Shown here one piece after another: positions 52,099 to 62,768 of a DNA stretch of 64,000 nt (the stretch's first letter is position 1; each line of letters begins with the position of its first letter). Made by a program: the position numbers and the translations under genes. Below the pieces are notes generated by a model, which was not told the DNA's origin, searched no databases, and saw nothing but the letters and a program-made list of their open reading frames with translations. This DNA comes from Ruminococcus sp. Phil15 (GTDB taxonomy: Bacteria; Bacillota; Clostridia; Oscillospirales; Ruminococcaceae): NCBI GenBank assembly GCA_001940995.1, contig MSHC01000001.1, positions 61,028 to 125,027 on the forward strand, given 5' to 3'.

Positions 52099-52623
52099 TT
52101 ATATCTGCTGATTTGCTATCTGAGGATTCATAGCAGCCTGCTGCTGTGCGAACTGCTGTTGCTGCTGTTTAAGCGCACGCTGACGCTCGATTCTCTCCCC
52201 GATAAGGTCAGTGATAAGCTGGCGGTATTCTCCCGTAAGAGCGTTGTTTGCCGCAACAGGATATCTGGAAGCGATGTTATTAAAGATCAATGAAACAGAA
52301 GCTTCGCTGTTGTCTGCCGCACCTGCGCAAAGTCCTTGAAGCTCCTTGAAGCACTTCTTTGTCATTGACTTAGTCATAGGCTTGTAAAGCTCTTTGAGGG
52401 CCTTGAATTCCTGCTTGGTGATTTCCTTGCCCGCTTCACAGCTCTTGCAAGCAATGAAATAGCCCTTTGTTTTCATAAAGACAGGTATGTAGCTGATGTG
52501 TACTCTGAACACGAGCTTTGAAAGATATCTCGGTGCAAAGCTTCCGCAGCTCTGACACCACTGGTAACCCATGATCTGCTTGTGTTTTACAACATCTCCC
52601 CAACCGTAAACAATCATTCCCAT
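52099..52623 (-). CDS. hypothetical zinc-ribbon-like protein with Gln-rich C-terminal tail
   Basis: CQSC...CKSC pairs and the C-terminus RQRALKQQQQQFAQQQAAMNPQIANQQI. Confidence 0.5.
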   Translation of the reverse strand: MGMIVYGWGDVVKHKQIMGYQWCQSCGSFAPRYLSKLVFRVHISYIPVFMKTKGYFIACKSCEAGKEITKQEFKALKELYKPMTKSMTKKCFKELQGLCAGAADNSEASVSLIFNNIASRYPVAANNALTGEYRQLITDLIGERIERQRALKQQQQQFAQQQAAMNPQIANQQI

Positions 52624-52661
52624 AATAATTTCCTCCTATAATTCAAAAATCAGACTACTGA

Positions 52662-53213
52662 TTACTTCATATATTCACGGATCGCCTCGTCGCTCCACAC
52701 CTGAACCTCGATAAAACGTTCAGGGCCAAGCTCGCCTTCAGGATTCCATTCCTGCGGCAGTCCGTATTCTTCGATTATTTTCAAAATCTGCTCGTAAGTG
52801 AACAGCTTACCTCTGTATGGGTTTGCGGTATCCTCTTCCATAAGTGGATTCAGGTTTGACTGCATATCGCCGTATGTAAAGGTCAGCGTGTCCTTGTCGA
52901 ACTTATCGATCGGTATGTCTATAAAGCCGCTGTTCTGATACCATTCGCTCATCCACTTGCAGTACTCAACGACCATATAGTAAGGCGATGTGCGCTGCGG
53001 TTTTCCGCCCATCTCAATAAATTTCTCGTAAGCGAGCTTCTCGCACTGCCTGCGCCTTTTCATATATAATATGTCACGCTGTGCAGGCTGAGAATATGGC
53101 CTTGACTCTCTCATATCGAGCAGGATCTTGTTAGCCTCTTCGTCGGAGAGGTCGGAAAGGTTTTTGAACGGGCCTATTGTTTTATCATAGTAGTGATAAA
53201 GATATATCGCCAT
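52662..53213 (-). CDS. hypothetical protein
   Basis: 183-aa ORF with a good RBS context. It is co-oriented with and 38 nt upstream of 52099-52623. I recognised no family. Confidence 0.5.
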   Translation of the reverse strand: MAIYLYHYYDKTIGPFKNLSDLSDEEANKILLDMRESRPYSQPAQRDILYMKRRRQCEKLAYEKFIEMGGKPQRTSPYYMVVEYCKWMSEWYQNSGFIDIPIDKFDKDTLTFTYGDMQSNLNPLMEEDTANPYRGKLFTYEQILKIIEEYGLPQEWNPEGELGPERFIEVQVWSDEAIREYMK

Positions 53214-53422
53214 AATATTTTTCTCCTGTTTCTTTTGTTGTCAAGGACATTGTACCATATTAAAGAAATAAAATCAATAGTTGGTTTTTAAAATTGACAA
53301 TTTCATCATCAAACCAAAAAGCACGGGTCTTTTTTTGTGAATTTTATAAAATCACTTGTACTTTTTACAAAAAGGTAGTATACTTTATTTGAAATTAAAT
53401 TTTCAATAAAGGGGAAAAACGT

Positions 53423-55273
53423 ATGAAGGACGGCTTTCTTAAAGTAGCGGTGTGCAGACCGAAAATAAAGCTCTGCGACTGCGATTATAACAAAAATTCA
53501 ATCATAGAAGAAGCAAAACAGGCTGTATCGCTGGGTGCAAAATTGATAGTATTCCCAGAGCTTTGTGTGACAGGTGCAACCTGCGGAGATTTGTTTTACA
53601 GCGACGCATTGCTCTGCGGCGCAGAAAGAGCGGCAAAGGATATAGCAGCCTCGCTTTCCGATGCCGATGCAGTTGTGGCGGTAGGATTGCCGAAAAAGCA
53701 TAAGGGCGGCGTTTTCAGCTGTGCGGCAGTAATGCAGTCGGGCAGTATTTTGGGCTATGTTCCGTCAGCCGACAGCAGAAGAAAACAGCTTTCAAGCGGT
53801 ATAGACGACCTCTCTCAGAGCCTTGTTCTGTCTGTTTGCGGGAATGATGATATAAAAATCGGATTTGTCGTGGGCGACGGTATAGGCAGTGACAGACAGT
53901 ATGCAAGAGAGCTTTGTGCAATGGGCGCAACGGTTATATGTAACCTTACCTCAACGCCCGAAATCGTCTGCGCTAAATCACGCAGGAGAGATTTTGCAAA
54001 AAGCGAGTCAGCCGACCTCTGCGCAGGCTATGTACTGTGCAACGCAGGCGAGGGAGAGTCTACCTCGGAGGAGGTTTTCTCAGGACATAGCTTAGTCTGT
54101 GAAAACGGCAGAGTGCTGTGCGAAAGCGCTTTGTTTGAAAACAAAATGCTAATTACCGATATAGACTGCGGCAGGGTCGCCTTTGAAAGAAGATTAAGGG
54201 GCGGATGTGAAATATGCGACGGCGAGCTTACCGAAATTTCTGTAAACAGCGGCGACGTATCTCTCACAAGAAAGTTTAACAAGCTTCCGTTTGTCCCCGA
54301 AAACAGCGCAGAGCTTTCTGAAAGATGCGAGCTTATTATGTCGATACAGGCGCAGGGACTTAAAAGACGAATGGAGCATACCTGCTCGAAAAAGCTTGTA
54401 ATAGGAGTATCCGGAGGACTCGATTCAACCCTTGCTCTTATCGTCTGCGCAAAGGCCGCCGATGCGCTCGGTATGCCGAGAAAGGATATAGTCGCAGTAA
54501 CTATGCCATGCTTCGGCACTACGACACGAACACGCTCCAACGCTCAGATTATCTGCGAGGAGCTGGGAGCAGATTTCCGTGAGGTAAGAATTTCAAAAAG
54601 CGTTGAACAGCATTTTGAGGATATAGGCCACGACATTAACAATCATAACGTAGTGTTTGAAAATGCGCAGGCAAGAGAGAGAACGCAGGTGCTTATGGAT
54701 ATAGCAAACGAGGTAGGCGGCCTTGTTGTCGGAACAGGCGACCTCTCCGAGCTTGCACTCGGCTGGGCTACCTATAACGGCGACCATATGGCAATGTACG
54801 GCGTAAATGCGTCAGTTCCTAAAACGCTTATCAGATATATTGTGAGGTATTATGCAAGCGTATGCAAAAACGATACTCTCGCTAAATCGCTGATTGATAT
54901 AGTCAAAACACCCGTTTCGCCGGAGCTTCTCCCTACAAACGAAGCCTCCGACAAGATGACCCAGATTACCGAGGATCTTGTAGGCCCTTACGAGCTTCAC
55001 GACTTCTTTATCTATCACGCATTAAGATGCGGATACAGTCCGAAGAAGATTTACCGTGTCGCAAAAATCGCCTTTGCAGGGGAATACGACGACGCTATAA
55101 TTCTAAAATGGCTCAGAACATTCTTCCGCAGATTTATAAACCAGCAGTTCAAGCGTTCCTGCTTGCCTGACGGAGCCGCAGTAGGCTCGCTCAGCCTGTC
55201 GCCCAGAGGCGCATTCTCAATGCCGTCCGACGCCTGCGCTGCGCTGTGGCTCAGAGAGCTTGAAGAACTTTAA
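53423..55273 (+). CDS. nadE: glutamine-dependent NAD+ synthetase (CN-hydrolase plus NAD synthetase domains)
   Basis: N-terminal nitrilase-like domain (FPELCVTG) and the PP-loop GVSGGLDST. Confidence 0.85.
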   Translation: MKDGFLKVAVCRPKIKLCDCDYNKNSIIEEAKQAVSLGAKLIVFPELCVTGATCGDLFYSDALLCGAERAAKDIAASLSDADAVVAVGLPKKHKGGVFSCAAVMQSGSILGYVPSADSRRKQLSSGIDDLSQSLVLSVCGNDDIKIGFVVGDGIGSDRQYARELCAMGATVICNLTSTPEIVCAKSRRRDFAKSESADLCAGYVLCNAGEGESTSEEVFSGHSLVCENGRVLCESALFENKMLITDIDCGRVAFERRLRGGCEICDGELTEISVNSGDVSLTRKFNKLPFVPENSAELSERCELIMSIQAQGLKRRMEHTCSKKLVIGVSGGLDSTLALIVCAKAADALGMPRKDIVAVTMPCFGTTTRTRSNAQIICEELGADFREVRISKSVEQHFEDIGHDINNHNVVFENAQARERTQVLMDIANEVGGLVVGTGDLSELALGWATYNGDHMAMYGVNASVPKTLIRYIVRYYASVCKNDTLAKSLIDIVKTPVSPELLPTNEASDKMTQITEDLVGPYELHDFFIYHALRCGYSPKKIYRVAKIAFAGEYDDAIILKWLRTFFRRFINQQFKRSCLPDGAAVGSLSLSPRGAFSMPSDACAALWLRELEEL

Positions 55274-55283
55274 TTTTGTATGA

Positions 55284-55328
55284 AAAGAACTCCGCACCCG
55301 TAAGTTTTTACGAGTGCGGAGTTTTTAT
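55284..55328. terminator. bidirectional terminator
   Basis: 16-bp stem AACTCCGCACCCGTAA/TTACGAGTGCGGAGTT flanked by A and T runs. Confidence 0.7.
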
Positions 55329-55339
55329 GTCGTAAAATT

Positions 55340-57448
55340 TTACGCGTTGTTAATAGCGGCGTATTTTGCAATTACGCCTGCAACGAGATGCGAGGGAAGC
55401 TGCTCATAGCGAAGCTTTTCAAAGGTGAAATAACCTCTGCCCTGAGTCATCTGCCTGAGGAGAAGAACAAAGTCTGTCATCTCGCTCATCGGAACCTCGG
55501 CAACTATTTCCGTAAGGCCCTTTTTGTCGGCAGGCGTCATACCGAGAACTCTGCCGCGGCGCTTGTTAAGCTCGCCCATCATATCGCCCGTGTTTTCGTC
55601 AGGCACGCAAACGCTGAGTGCGCCGATAGGCTCTAAGAGAACAGGGTCTGCCTGCGGTATACCGTCCTTGAAAGCGAGAGAAGCGGCGATCTTGAATGCC
55701 ATTTCCGACGAGTCAACAGGATGGTAAGAGCCGTCGACAAGGATAGCCTTGATGCCTACGACAGGGAAGCCAGCGAGAAGTCCCTTCTTTACGCAGTCCT
55801 GAAGTCCCTTTTCAACGGCAGGGAAGTAGTTCTTAGGAACTGCGCCGCCGAATACTCTTTCTTCAAATATAAGGTCGTCTGATACGCAAGGCTCGAATTC
55901 GATCCAAACGTCGCCGTACTGTCCATGACCGCCCGACTGCTTTTTGTGTCTGCCCTGCACCTTAACCTTTTTGCGGATTGTTTCACGGTAGGAGATCTTA
56001 GGAACCTCTGCAACGACCTCAACGCCGAAGGTGTCCTTTAGTCTGCCGCATACGCTGTCAAGATGAAGTCCGCCGAGAGTGCTGAGTATCATTTCGTTTG
56101 TAGCCGTGTCAAGTGCGTAGGAAAGGGTGAGATCTTCCTCAAGAAGTCTTGCCATAGCGGAAGATATCTTGCTTTCGTCGCCCTGCTTCTTAGCCTTAAT
56201 CGCCATATTGTAGCAAGGCTTAGGGAACTGTACCTTTTCGATTGAAACAACCCTTGCAGGGTCGCAGATAGTGTCGTTCGTGTTTACGTTCATCTTTGTT
56301 GCAACAACTATGTCGCCGGCACCGGCAGAAGCAACGTCAATCTGTTTTTTGCCGACAAGTGAGATAAGCTTTCCGACCTTTTCCGTTCCGCCGTTAGTTG
56401 CGTTAACGATGTCCTTACCCGATGTAAGAACGCCGCTGTAAACTCTTATAAACGACATTTTTCCTACAAACGGGTCGGCGATCGTCTTGAATACGAATGC
56501 GCTGAGCGGCTCTGAGTCGCTGCATTTGATTTCTATAATGTCATCGCCGCGTACAGCCTCGATAACGTCGTCGTCGCTCTGACTCGGAACGAGCAGGCAA
56601 AGCTCCTTTAAAAGCATATCCACGCCTGCGAGAGTTGCGGAAGATACGCAGGTAACAGGCGTAATAATGCCCGACTTCATACCGTTATGTATTCCGTCGA
56701 TAAGCTCCTTCTGCGTGAAAGCCTCGCCTGAGAAGAATTTCTCAAAGAGAGCCTCGTCTGTTTCTGCAACAGCCTCGGAAACGGCTTCAACAAGACCGTC
56801 TATTCTGTATTCCATCTTAGCGGAGATCTCTGCGGTCGGCATATCCGTTTCGACAGCGTTGCCCTTTTCGTCATATTTGTATGCCTTCATCTCAATGAGG
56901 TTTACATAAGATACGATTTTTCTGTCTGCAATAACAGGCACTACGACAGGACATACGGTAGGTCCGAATTCAGATTTCAGCTGTGTAAGCACGTTGTTGA
57001 AGTTAGCGTTTTCATCGTCCAGCTTTGTAACGACAAACATCTTAGGCTTTTTAAGCTCTGTCGCACAGTCGTAAGCCTTGTGTGTTCCTACCTTAACGCC
57101 CGACTTACCCGAAACAGTGATAACTGCGCAGTCGCAGGCAGCAATACCCTCTGTCATACCGCTTGCGTAGTCGAAAAGACCGGGCGTGTCGAGAAGATTG
57201 ATTTTAAGCTCGTCGAGCGAAAGACCCGCCTTAGCGGTTTCAAAAGTTGCAAGAGCCGTGTAAACCGAGCATTTTCTCTTGATTTCGTCAGCGTTAAAGT
57301 CGCATACGGTATTTCCGTCAGCAACCTTACCGAGTCTGTCGGTAGCTCCGCATTTATAAAGCAAAGCTTCAGCAAGCGAGGTCTTTCCTGAACCTGCGTG
57401 TCCTGCAAGAGCTATGTTCTTGATTTTGCTGTGTTCGTAGTTTTTCAT
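55340..57448 (-). CDS. elongation factor G family GTPase (EF-G paralog)
   Basis: G1 motif AGHAGSGKTS and DTPG, with five-domain EF-G length (702 aa). It is not located in a str operon context. Confidence 0.75.
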   Translation of the reverse strand: MKNYEHSKIKNIALAGHAGSGKTSLAEALLYKCGATDRLGKVADGNTVCDFNADEIKRKCSVYTALATFETAKAGLSLDELKINLLDTPGLFDYASGMTEGIAACDCAVITVSGKSGVKVGTHKAYDCATELKKPKMFVVTKLDDENANFNNVLTQLKSEFGPTVCPVVVPVIADRKIVSYVNLIEMKAYKYDEKGNAVETDMPTAEISAKMEYRIDGLVEAVSEAVAETDEALFEKFFSGEAFTQKELIDGIHNGMKSGIITPVTCVSSATLAGVDMLLKELCLLVPSQSDDDVIEAVRGDDIIEIKCSDSEPLSAFVFKTIADPFVGKMSFIRVYSGVLTSGKDIVNATNGGTEKVGKLISLVGKKQIDVASAGAGDIVVATKMNVNTNDTICDPARVVSIEKVQFPKPCYNMAIKAKKQGDESKISSAMARLLEEDLTLSYALDTATNEMILSTLGGLHLDSVCGRLKDTFGVEVVAEVPKISYRETIRKKVKVQGRHKKQSGGHGQYGDVWIEFEPCVSDDLIFEERVFGGAVPKNYFPAVEKGLQDCVKKGLLAGFPVVGIKAILVDGSYHPVDSSEMAFKIAASLAFKDGIPQADPVLLEPIGALSVCVPDENTGDMMGELNKRRGRVLGMTPADKKGLTEIVAEVPMSEMTDFVLLLRQMTQGRGYFTFEKLRYEQLPSHLVAGVIAKYAAINNA

Positions 57449-57628
57449 TTGAGTATCTCCCCAGTCTTATTGAAATTAGTGATAAATCAGTTAGCATGAT
57501 TAAATCAGGCATCTTCTATTATTAAAAGTGCCAAAAAATATTCAACTGCACGAACTAATTATATAACATTTTCACATAGATTTCAATGCTCTTTGCCATA
57601 GTTTACAAAATGTTAATATATTAAGAGG

Positions 57629-60256
57629 CTATATTTTGTTGACAATGCCCGAAACCAAGGGTATTGCGGCGGAGCAGGCAATTCCTACTATAAATTCGTA
57701 CGGCGACAGGAGAGCCGTTTTGAACACAGCCTGAAGCGGAGGCATGAGCATTACAGCCATAAGACAGAAGAAAGAAATGCCTACCGCAAGCAGCATAAAC
57801 GGATTGGAAAAATGCTTTACCGTAAAAATGTTCTTGTCCTCGCTTTTACATTCAAAAACGTGCAGAAGTTGTGACATAACGAGCGTAAATAACGCACAGC
57901 TGCGTGCGCTTTCAAGACTGCCGGAAATTCTGAGCGACAGCACAAAGGAAATAAGAGTGCATATTCCTATTAAAAGGCCGCGGAAAACGATTCTCGATAA
58001 CAACCCGTCTGAGAAAAAGCTGTCGGAGCTCTTTCTCGGCTTTTTCTTCATAACGCTTTCTTCGGTAGGCTCTAAGCTGAGAGCTATAGCAGGCAGACCG
58101 TCCGTTACGAGATTTACCAGCAGAAGTTGAATAGGCAGCAGAACAACAGGCAGTCCCAGAATTATCCCGAAAAACATCGTTACAATCTCGCCTATGTTGC
58201 AGGAAATAAGATATCTTACAGTCTTTCTTATGTTGGAGTAAATGGTTCTGCCCTGCTCGACTGCGCTTACGAGCGTAGCGAAGTTGTCGTCAAGAAGCAC
58301 AACGTTCGCTGCGCTTTTCGTAACGTCTGTGCCGGTAATCCCCATCGCAACGCCTATGTCAGCCTCTTTTACCGCAGGTGCGTCGTTTACTCCGTCGCCC
58401 GTCATAGCAACAACATTGCCCCTTGCCTTGAACGCCTTTACAATTCTCAGCTTGTCAGCCGGGCTGACCCTCGCAAAAACAGAAACCTTGTCAAGCACTG
58501 CGTTAAGCTCGGCGTCCGACATTCTGCCAAGCTCCTCGCCGGTCAGCGCAATATCTCCACTGTGGAAAATACCTACCTGCCGTGCGATCTCCGTTGCGGT
58601 AAGCTTGTGGTCGCCCGTGATCATAACGGTGCGTATGTGCGCCTTTGAGCAAAGCTTGACAGCCTCCTTCGCCTCCTGCCTCGGCGGGTCGAGCATACCC
58701 ATAAATCCGAGGAAAACCGTCTTGCCCTCCTGCTTTTTTGCAAAGCATAAAACTCTGAGCGCACGCTTTGCCAGAGCTTCGCCCTTTTGAAGCATAAGCC
58801 TTTTCGCCTTTGAATCGAACTGTACTGCGTTTCCCCTCAGCATTATGTATCCGCATTGCGGAATTACAGCGTCCGACGCACCCTTGATGTATTCCGCTTC
58901 TTCATCGCCGACCCTTGCCCTTACGGACATCTGCCTGTTTTCGCTCTCAAACGGCGTTTCGGATATCCTTTTAATGTTAAGCCCCTCTGCCGTGACTCCG
59001 CCCTTTGCGCAGGCAACAAGCAGAGCCGATTCGGTTGGGTCGCCTGTCACGGAGTATTCTTTAGCGCCCTTTTTAAATACCGCAAGAGGATTTTCGTCAA
59101 GAGCAATAGCCGCATTGTTGCATATTACGGCGCAGGACAGAAGCTCACGAAGCATATCCGGATTGTAGCTAGCCTCGTCCGAGCAAAGGATACTGCCCTC
59201 GACAGCGTTTCCGTTCCCCGTTACGGCAAAATCCGTGTCGGGAGTGGAGATTGCTACAACGGTCATCTTGTTTTCGGTAATTGTGCCTGTCTTGTCGGTG
59301 CATATTACCTGCGCACAGCCGAGCGTTTCAACGCTGTGAAGCCTATGAACGAATGCGTTTCTCTTGAGCATTCTTCTTACGGCAAGTGCAAGAGCAATGG
59401 TAACTGTCGCAGGAAGTCCCTCGGGAATTGCCGCGATCGCAATCGTTATGCCGGTCATAAGCATTTGGAATGCAGGCTGTCCGTAGATAAGTCCCGCCGC
59501 AAATACCGCAACGCATACAAAAATGCAGATTACGGAAAGCACCTTTCCCAGCTCGCCAAGCTTCTTTTGCAGAGGAGTCATACCCTCGTCGATCTCCGAC
59601 AGCATACCCGAAACCTTGCCCATCTGCGTGTTCTTTCCCGTGAGGGAAACCTCCGCAGTAGCCCTGCCTTTGAGTGCGGTAGCGCCCATATACGCAATAT
59701 ATGGAAGATTTAAGCTGTCGCAGGTCGTTTCGTCCTTGCGGCTTCTTTTCTTCGCAGGCTCTGCCTCGCCCGTTAAGATTGCCTCGTCGCACATAAATCC
59801 CTGCTGTGAAATTATGTAGCAGTCGGCAGGTATCCTGTCGCCTGCCTCAAGCTCTATAGCATCGCCCCTTACAAGCTGTGACGCAGGAAGCGTTTTAAGT
59901 ACTCCGTCACGGTATACCTTAGCTGTCGGAGCTGTCATCTCCTCAAGCGCTTCCAATGTCTTTTCCGTCCTGTATTCCTGGAAAAATCCTATCGCCGAGT
60001 TCATAAGAACAATGAGCAGTATCGTTATTGCGTCATAGATTTCTCCTAAAAATGCCGACAGCACCGCCCCCACGACAAGCAGTAATACCATTACGTCTTT
60101 GAACTGATTTGCAAAAATTCCCAGAGTGTTTTTCTTCTTTTGTTTTTCCAGAGTGTTTTCACCCTCGCATTCAAGCCGCCGCATAGCCTCCTCCTGCGGC
60201 AAGCCCAGCTCTTTGACCTCCTGTTCCTCTATTTCTTTAACGAAGTATTCTAGCAT
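57629..60256 (-). CDS. P-type cation-transporting ATPase, Ca2+-ATPase (type IIA)-like
   Basis: ATG at 60256 lies 7 nt after AAGGGAGG; the track start at 60466 is an extension. Motifs ICTDKTGTIT, PEGLPATVT, TGDHKLTA and MTGDGVNDAPA. Confidence 0.85.
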   Translation of the reverse strand: MLEYFVKEIEEQEVKELGLPQEEAMRRLECEGENTLEKQKKKNTLGIFANQFKDVMVLLLVVGAVLSAFLGEIYDAITILLIVLMNSAIGFFQEYRTEKTLEALEEMTAPTAKVYRDGVLKTLPASQLVRGDAIELEAGDRIPADCYIISQQGFMCDEAILTGEAEPAKKRSRKDETTCDSLNLPYIAYMGATALKGRATAEVSLTGKNTQMGKVSGMLSEIDEGMTPLQKKLGELGKVLSVICIFVCVAVFAAGLIYGQPAFQMLMTGITIAIAAIPEGLPATVTIALALAVRRMLKRNAFVHRLHSVETLGCAQVICTDKTGTITENKMTVVAISTPDTDFAVTGNGNAVEGSILCSDEASYNPDMLRELLSCAVICNNAAIALDENPLAVFKKGAKEYSVTGDPTESALLVACAKGGVTAEGLNIKRISETPFESENRQMSVRARVGDEEAEYIKGASDAVIPQCGYIMLRGNAVQFDSKAKRLMLQKGEALAKRALRVLCFAKKQEGKTVFLGFMGMLDPPRQEAKEAVKLCSKAHIRTVMITGDHKLTATEIARQVGIFHSGDIALTGEELGRMSDAELNAVLDKVSVFARVSPADKLRIVKAFKARGNVVAMTGDGVNDAPAVKEADIGVAMGITGTDVTKSAANVVLLDDNFATLVSAVEQGRTIYSNIRKTVRYLISCNIGEIVTMFFGIILGLPVVLLPIQLLLVNLVTDGLPAIALSLEPTEESVMKKKPRKSSDSFFSDGLLSRIVFRGLLIGICTLISFVLSLRISGSLESARSCALFTLVMSQLLHVFECKSEDKNIFTVKHFSNPFMLLAVGISFFCLMAVMLMPPLQAVFKTALLSPYEFIVGIACSAAIPLVSGIVNKI

Positions 60257-60401
60257 AACGTAACCTCCCTTTTTATAAAAGATATATGTAGACAAGTAGC
60301 CGATAATGCACGAACTAAAAGACTTTAAGAGGCATAGTATAAACTGAAGTGTCACATAAATGGGATGTAAAATCCTGACGAAAGGAGAATTATCATAAGA
60401 G

Positions 60402-60641
60402 ATGAACGACACGGGCTTTATATTTTCGTTGTCCTCTGTGACATACGCCATAAAAGCGCAAAGCATACTTCGTAAGAACGGCTACCGCTGTGAGGTTATA
60501 AAAACGCCTAAGGATATGGGAAAAAGCTGTGGGTACAGTATAAGAGCATACGGCGACAGAATGAAAGCAAGAGTTCTCCTGTCAAAGCAGGGGATAGATA
60601 TAAAGAGCGCAAAACCGCCATTTGAGGAGGACAGGATATGA
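60402..60641 (+). CDS. DUF3343-like small protein (putative S/Se carrier-associated)
   Basis: 79 aa, translationally coupled (ATGA overlap) to the downstream class V aminotransferase. Family assignment is from memory. Confidence 0.5.
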   Translation: MNDTGFIFSLSSVTYAIKAQSILRKNGYRCEVIKTPKDMGKSCGYSIRAYGDRMKARVLLSKQGIDIKSAKPPFEEDRI

Positions 60642-61777
60642 TTTATTTTGATAATTCGGCAACGACCTATCCCAAGCCCGATTCCGTCGCAAGCGCAGTA
60701 TACCACGCAGTAAAATCCCTCGGCGGAAATCCGGGAAGGAGCGGGCATAAGATGTCTGTAAAGGCAGCAGGAGCGGTATATTCCGTAAGAGAGTCTGTCG
60801 CAGAACTTTTCGGCGCACAGCCTGAGAACGTTATTTTTACGCTCAACTGCACCCATGCGCTCAACCTCGCAATCAAGGGCATACTCGGGAGCGGCGACCA
60901 CGTTATCATCTCAACTCTCGAACATAACGCCGTCGCAAGACCCGTACACGCCTTGAAAGAGCAGGGGACTGAGGTCAGCATTGCGCCCGTGTATGATACG
61001 GACGATGAAACGGTAAAAGCGTTTGAGAAGCTTGTCCGTAAAAATACCAAAGCCGTGGTCTGCACGGGTGCGTCAAACGTTACGGGCAGACTTATGCCGA
61101 TAAAGAGAATAGCAAAGCTTTGCGAAAGCCGTGGCATAGTATTTATCTGCGACGGCGCTCAGACGGCAGGAGTCGTCGATATGAAGGTAGGAGACGGCAT
61201 TAATTTTATATGTACAGCAGGACATAAAGGACTCTACGGCACAACGGGAACAGGAGTTCTTGTATCGGACGGTAAGTATAAGCTGTCTACGATTATAGAG
61301 GGCGGCACAGGCACAACCTCGCTGGAGCTTTCTCAGCCTGATGACCTCCCCGAAAGATTAGAAAGCGGTACTGTAAATACTGTAGGGATTATGGGACTGG
61401 GTCAAGGCGTTGCATTCGTCAGACGTATGGGCATAGAGAATATCCATAGAAAGGAAAACGCCCTCTGCCTCAGATTTATAAACGGACTTAAAAGAATCGA
61501 CGGCGTAAGGATTTACAGACAGGGCGAGCATTTTGTACCAATCGTCGCTTTTAATGTAGATAACTTCCATTCGTCAGAGGTGACAGACTACCTCTCCGAG
61601 CAGGGATTCGCCCTCCGAGGAGGCTATCATTGCGCCGCACTTGCCCACGAATTTTACCAAACTACAGAAAACGGCGTCGTCAGATTTTCGCCGTCTGTGT
61701 TCAATACCCCGGGGCAAGTCGATTTGTTGCTCCAAAGCATAAAAAAATTCGCAAAATTGAGCAAAAACCCCTTGTGA
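60638..61777 (+). CDS. class V aminotransferase-fold PLP enzyme (cysteine desulfurase family)
   Basis: MIYFDNSATTYPKP N-terminus, and TAGHKGLYG containing the PLP-binding lysine. Confidence 0.8.
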   Translation: MIYFDNSATTYPKPDSVASAVYHAVKSLGGNPGRSGHKMSVKAAGAVYSVRESVAELFGAQPENVIFTLNCTHALNLAIKGILGSGDHVIISTLEHNAVARPVHALKEQGTEVSIAPVYDTDDETVKAFEKLVRKNTKAVVCTGASNVTGRLMPIKRIAKLCESRGIVFICDGAQTAGVVDMKVGDGINFICTAGHKGLYGTTGTGVLVSDGKYKLSTIIEGGTGTTSLELSQPDDLPERLESGTVNTVGIMGLGQGVAFVRRMGIENIHRKENALCLRFINGLKRIDGVRIYRQGEHFVPIVAFNVDNFHSSEVTDYLSEQGFALRGGYHCAALAHEFYQTTENGVVRFSPSVFNTPGQVDLLLQSIKKFAKLSKNPL

Positions 61778-61871
61778 TTTTTAAAAATATATGATAAAAT
61801 AATATGATGTAAGAGGTGTCGCCCGGCTTTGGCTCTGCGGCACGGAAAAAAGAATCAAAAAACGAAAGGAA

Positions 61872-62768
61872 GTGACGACCGTGGCGACCCTTGAAAATAT
61901 GTGGCAGTCTTTTATAAGCGTGTTCAGAACTATATCGCTTGCCGACATACTCGATATGCTTTTGCTCTCATATCTTCTCTTTAAGTGCTTTAAGCTTGTT
62001 AGGGAAACAAGAGCACAGCAGCTTTTGAAGGGTATCGCTGTAATGGTTGTCGCATACCTTATTGCCGACCTAATCGGACTTAAAACCATGAGCTTTATCC
62101 TCACAAACCTTTTCCAGTGGGGAATCTTGGCAATTATTATTATGTTCCAGCCTGAGCTTCGCAGAATACTCGAAAAGATAGGCAGAGCAAAGTTTGTAGA
62201 TTTAAGCGTTTTCGGAAGCAATGATTCCGATGCAGACAGCGACGCATGGTCAAGGGCAATCGACGTTATCGGAAACGCCGTATATGAGCTTGCTTCAACC
62301 GCAACAGGCGCACTTATCGTCTGCGAAAGACAGACAAGGCTCGGCGAACAGATTGACACAGGCACTATCCTTAACTGTACTCCAAGCGAGGCGGTTTTCG
62401 GCAATATATTCTTCCCGAATACTCCGCTCCATGACGGCGCAGTCATTATGCGTGACGGAATGATTTTGGCGGCAGGCTGCTTCCTGCCAAAGCCGCAGAA
62501 GGAAGAACTCATTAATAAACAGCTCGGCTCACGTCATAGAGCCGCAATCGGTATGAGTGAAAACTCTGACGCTATCGTTATCGTTGTTTCCGAGGAAACA
62601 GGTACCGTGTCGGTAGCAGAGGACGGCGAGCTTACAAGAGGCTATACAAAGGAAAGCCTCAAGAAGCTTCTGAAGAACAGGCTCATTCCGGAAAAGCCTT
62701 CGTCACAGAAAAAAGATAAGAAGGCGTTCGCTGAGAAAGTGAGGTCCAAATGGAAAAAAGAAAATTAG
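61872..62768 (+). CDS. cdaA: diadenylate cyclase (c-di-AMP synthase), membrane-anchored
   Basis: Three N-terminal TM helices and DAC-domain motifs LHDGAVIM and GSRHRAAIG. Start choice is uncertain (61872, 61881 or 61899). Confidence 0.85.
   Translation: MTTVATLENMWQSFISVFRTISLADILDMLLLSYLLFKCFKLVRETRAQQLLKGIAVMVVAYLIADLIGLKTMSFILTNLFQWGILAIIIMFQPELRRILEKIGRAKFVDLSVFGSNDSDADSDAWSRAIDVIGNAVYELASTATGALIVCERQTRLGEQIDTGTILNCTPSEAVFGNIFFPNTPLHDGAVIMRDGMILAAGCFLPKPQKEELINKQLGSRHRAAIGMSENSDAIVIVVSEETGTVSVAEDGELTRGYTKESLKKLLKNRLIPEKPSSQKKDKKAFAEKVRSKWKKEN

Noticed and set aside
58127-59713. Several plus-strand ORFs of 100-285 aa inside the P-type ATPase gene
   Set aside because: They are antisense to a gene with all P-type ATPase signature motifs and have no independent support.
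61778-61871. Possible riboswitch or leader upstream of cdaA (stem GTGTCGC…GCGGCAC)
   Set aside because: It is a short imperfect stem without a U tract and does not resemble the c-di-AMP (ydaO) riboswitch core as far as I can recall. The evidence is insufficient.
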